Shown: piece by piece, positions 61,960 through 64,000 of the stretch | Position numbering within the stretch: position 1 is the stretch's first letter | How the letters are laid out: every line of letters begins with the position of its first letter | Assembly (NCBI GenBank): GCA_032718475.1 | Contig: JAUCBJ010003082.1 | Coordinates: 4,030 to 68,029 of the forward strand | Origin: Nemertoderma westbladi | Lineage: Eukaryota; Animalia; Xenacoelomorpha | Direction of reading: 5' to 3' | Length of the DNA: 64,000 nt | Program-made: the position numbers and the translations under genes | Notes under the pieces: model-generated | What the model saw: the letters and a program-made list of their open reading frames with translations, nothing else | Told to the model about the DNA's origin: nothing | Database searches by the model: none

Positions 61960-62032
61960 GTGCCGGAGAATCTGGGAAAAGTACCATTGTAAAACAGATG
62001 AGGATATTACACGTAGATGGTTTCAGTCCTGA
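61960..62032 (+). CDS. GNAS: G protein alpha-s subunit, coding exon 2 (P-loop)
   Basis: TTTTTTTAG acceptor, 73 bp encoding (G)[30 protein letters not shown] donor. Confidence 0.95.
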
Positions 62033-62229
62033 GTGAGTTTAAAACTACATGAAATGGTTTCAGTTTCCCCAAAGTATTTTAAATAGCATGAAAACAATAA
62101 TAAGCTGAATCTTCCAAATTCAAAGCAATGTGAAGGAAAGTGTTACGAATTATAATAAGGGCAGTTATTGTTTTGGTATGTCAGTTTTCTACAATTATTA
62201 ATTTAGTCACAATTTTTATTGTTTCTCAG

Positions 62230-62284
62230 GGAAAAGGAAGAAAAGATTTTGGATATCAAGAAGAATCTGAGAGACGTTATTCTG
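62230..62284 (+). CDS. GNAS: G protein alpha-s subunit, coding exon 3; the gene presumably continues beyond the window
   Basis: TTTCTCAG acceptor, 55 bp encoding EKEEKILDIKKNLRDVIL, GTTAGC donor. Phases are compatible with exon 2. Confidence 0.9.
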
Positions 62285-62288
62285 GTTA

Positions 62289-62393
62289 GCAAACCGTAGG
62301 CAAACCGTAGGCAAACCGTATGCAAACCGTAGGCAAACCGTAGGCAAACCGTAGGCAAACCGTAGGCAAACCGTATGCAAACCGTAGGCAAAC
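62289..62393. repeat. 11-bp tandem repeat GCAAACCGTA(G/T), ~9.5 copies
   Basis: Direct reading; begins within the exon-3 donor site. Confidence 0.93.
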
Positions 62394-64000
62394 ATTAAAA
62401 ATACACTCCGTCGGGATTCTAATTTTAATAATGCAATAATCACTACTCAATTATTCCCCTTTTCCCCCTTCCCCGTCGTAATATTCCTCTCCGATTATAT
62501 CCAATATTACGACGTATTTCCACCCCAGCCATCCTTAGCCGGCCTCACCCACCATCTCTGACCAATATTACCGGCTACTCCCCCACGAATCATTGCAATC
62601 CAATAAAGGAGGTAACCACACAACCTCCCTCCTTTCTCTCATTGGCCCCTTAATACGCCAACCTCACCCACCTATCACCCTCACCCAGTTATTAATAAAG
62701 GAATAATTGGTCACCTTCAAACTCTATTGCCGTTCCTCAATATTCGGTTATTGGTCAGTCAATCATATACCACGTATTAATTATATTTTACATGGGTTGA
62801 ACGTAAAATCTCTGCACCGGATAGACAAACTCTGTTTAGGTGATAATTAGGGGTCAACTTCATATCGACCCCACACCGGGTTTAAAAAGGGCCGCATTTG
62901 GGTGGAAAAGTCAGTCCCAACAACCAGCCTAACAGTTGGCCGCCTCAGCAGCTAAACTAGGCTCTGCTCCAAGGTAGAGGGCGTCTTTGTTCCCAGACCG
63001 GGCCCTATCACGGCTTCGCGGTCGCTGGGAAGGTAAGACGATTCCGCCTAAAGGACTGAGTTTTGCTGGCAATCTAGCCCCAGAGCGCTCGCGGACTCTG
63101 TCCACTGGCTACTTAGTTCGTCCCAGGACCAACTATTTAGTTTTGGGGGAAAAGTAGCACTGTGTCCCTATAGGCTTCGACTATGTTAGTTACGGTGATG
63201 CCTGTGCACTCTGTCCGCTGGCTATACAGTTCATCCCAGGATCGCCAGGATGGACCGTATAATTTTGAGGGCAAAGTAACAGCTAACCATTTACGTCCAA
63301 ACGGTCCCACCCCCGTTTGGACCTAGACGGTAACCTGGTGTTCTGAACTATCGCCAAGTTCCAATAGCGTGAAGCTGCACAAAGTTTATTACGACTTTTC
63401 ACGATTTTTCTGCGACCTTTTCTATAACTTTTATATATATTTTTTTCCACTATATTTTTAGCATATCGAAACGACTAAAAATACTGTATTTTCTGTATAT
63501 TTTGGATTATTTGATTATTTTGAGGCTATACTTAGGATCCTAACGGACCCAAAGCACTCCTCACCCGGTTTCTCCTTTTTCCTCATCCCAGAGGTTTTTA
63601 TGGTGTTACAGTACTCTATTTTTATATGCCAAAAGGGAGCAATAATATACATCTTGGGAAGAACAGAAATCACTGTGTTTTGGCACTATATTGAAAGGTT
63701 GTGGATGTCCGTAAAAAACAAGTCATTGAAGGACCGTGTTCTAGTGGGAAATATGTTATGTCAGCCGGAAACCAAAACAATAAGGAAAGATATAGCACTC
63801 CCTGGAACTTTTAGAGATTCAAAGCCGTTTTAGGAGCGTTCGTGCCAAGAAGCAGGAGAAATCCATTACAGCACTTCATCCAAAATAAAATTAAGATAAG
63901 AGGGGTGGGGGGGGGGGGGGGGGGGGGAGAATTTCCCTCTCCCCCCAAGGTAATTGTCTTAACTCGGTAAATTAACAATTTTAAATATCAATTAAGGGAA

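Noticed and set aside
63600-63833. 77-aa ORF with IERLW (transposase-like) motif or next GNAS exon
   Set aside because: The single short motif has no supporting DDE context, and there is no similarity to the expected next G-alpha-s exon.

Overview
Eukaryotic (animal-like, AT-rich) genomic DNA, a little under half of it tandem satellite. Three large arrays (43-bp at 1-10570, 19-bp at ~39.5-47.6 kb, ~43-45-bp at ~51.3-61.1 kb) separate a few genes: single-ORF MTHFD1 (C1-THF synthase, minus), single-ORF NGDN/neuroguidin (plus), a 351-aa orphan ORF (minus) and three coding exons of a G-alpha-s (GNAS-like) gene (plus). Mobile DNA is abundant and nested. A ~14.6-kb BEL/Pao LTR retrotransposon (minus) sits in a 32-bp minisatellite. 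It has a truncated 5' LTR, one gag/pol frameshift and ~2.9 kb of extra sequence between integrase and the 3' LTR. There are two hAT-type non-autonomous elements with perfect 8-bp TSDs, each holding a nested MITE, and a 5'-truncated CRE-like non-LTR retrotransposon inside the 19-bp satellite. A non-autonomous element just upstream of NGDN carries nine co-oriented CTCF-like motifs at ~146-bp spacing. All calls were made by eye from the sequence and ORF track; no searches were run.
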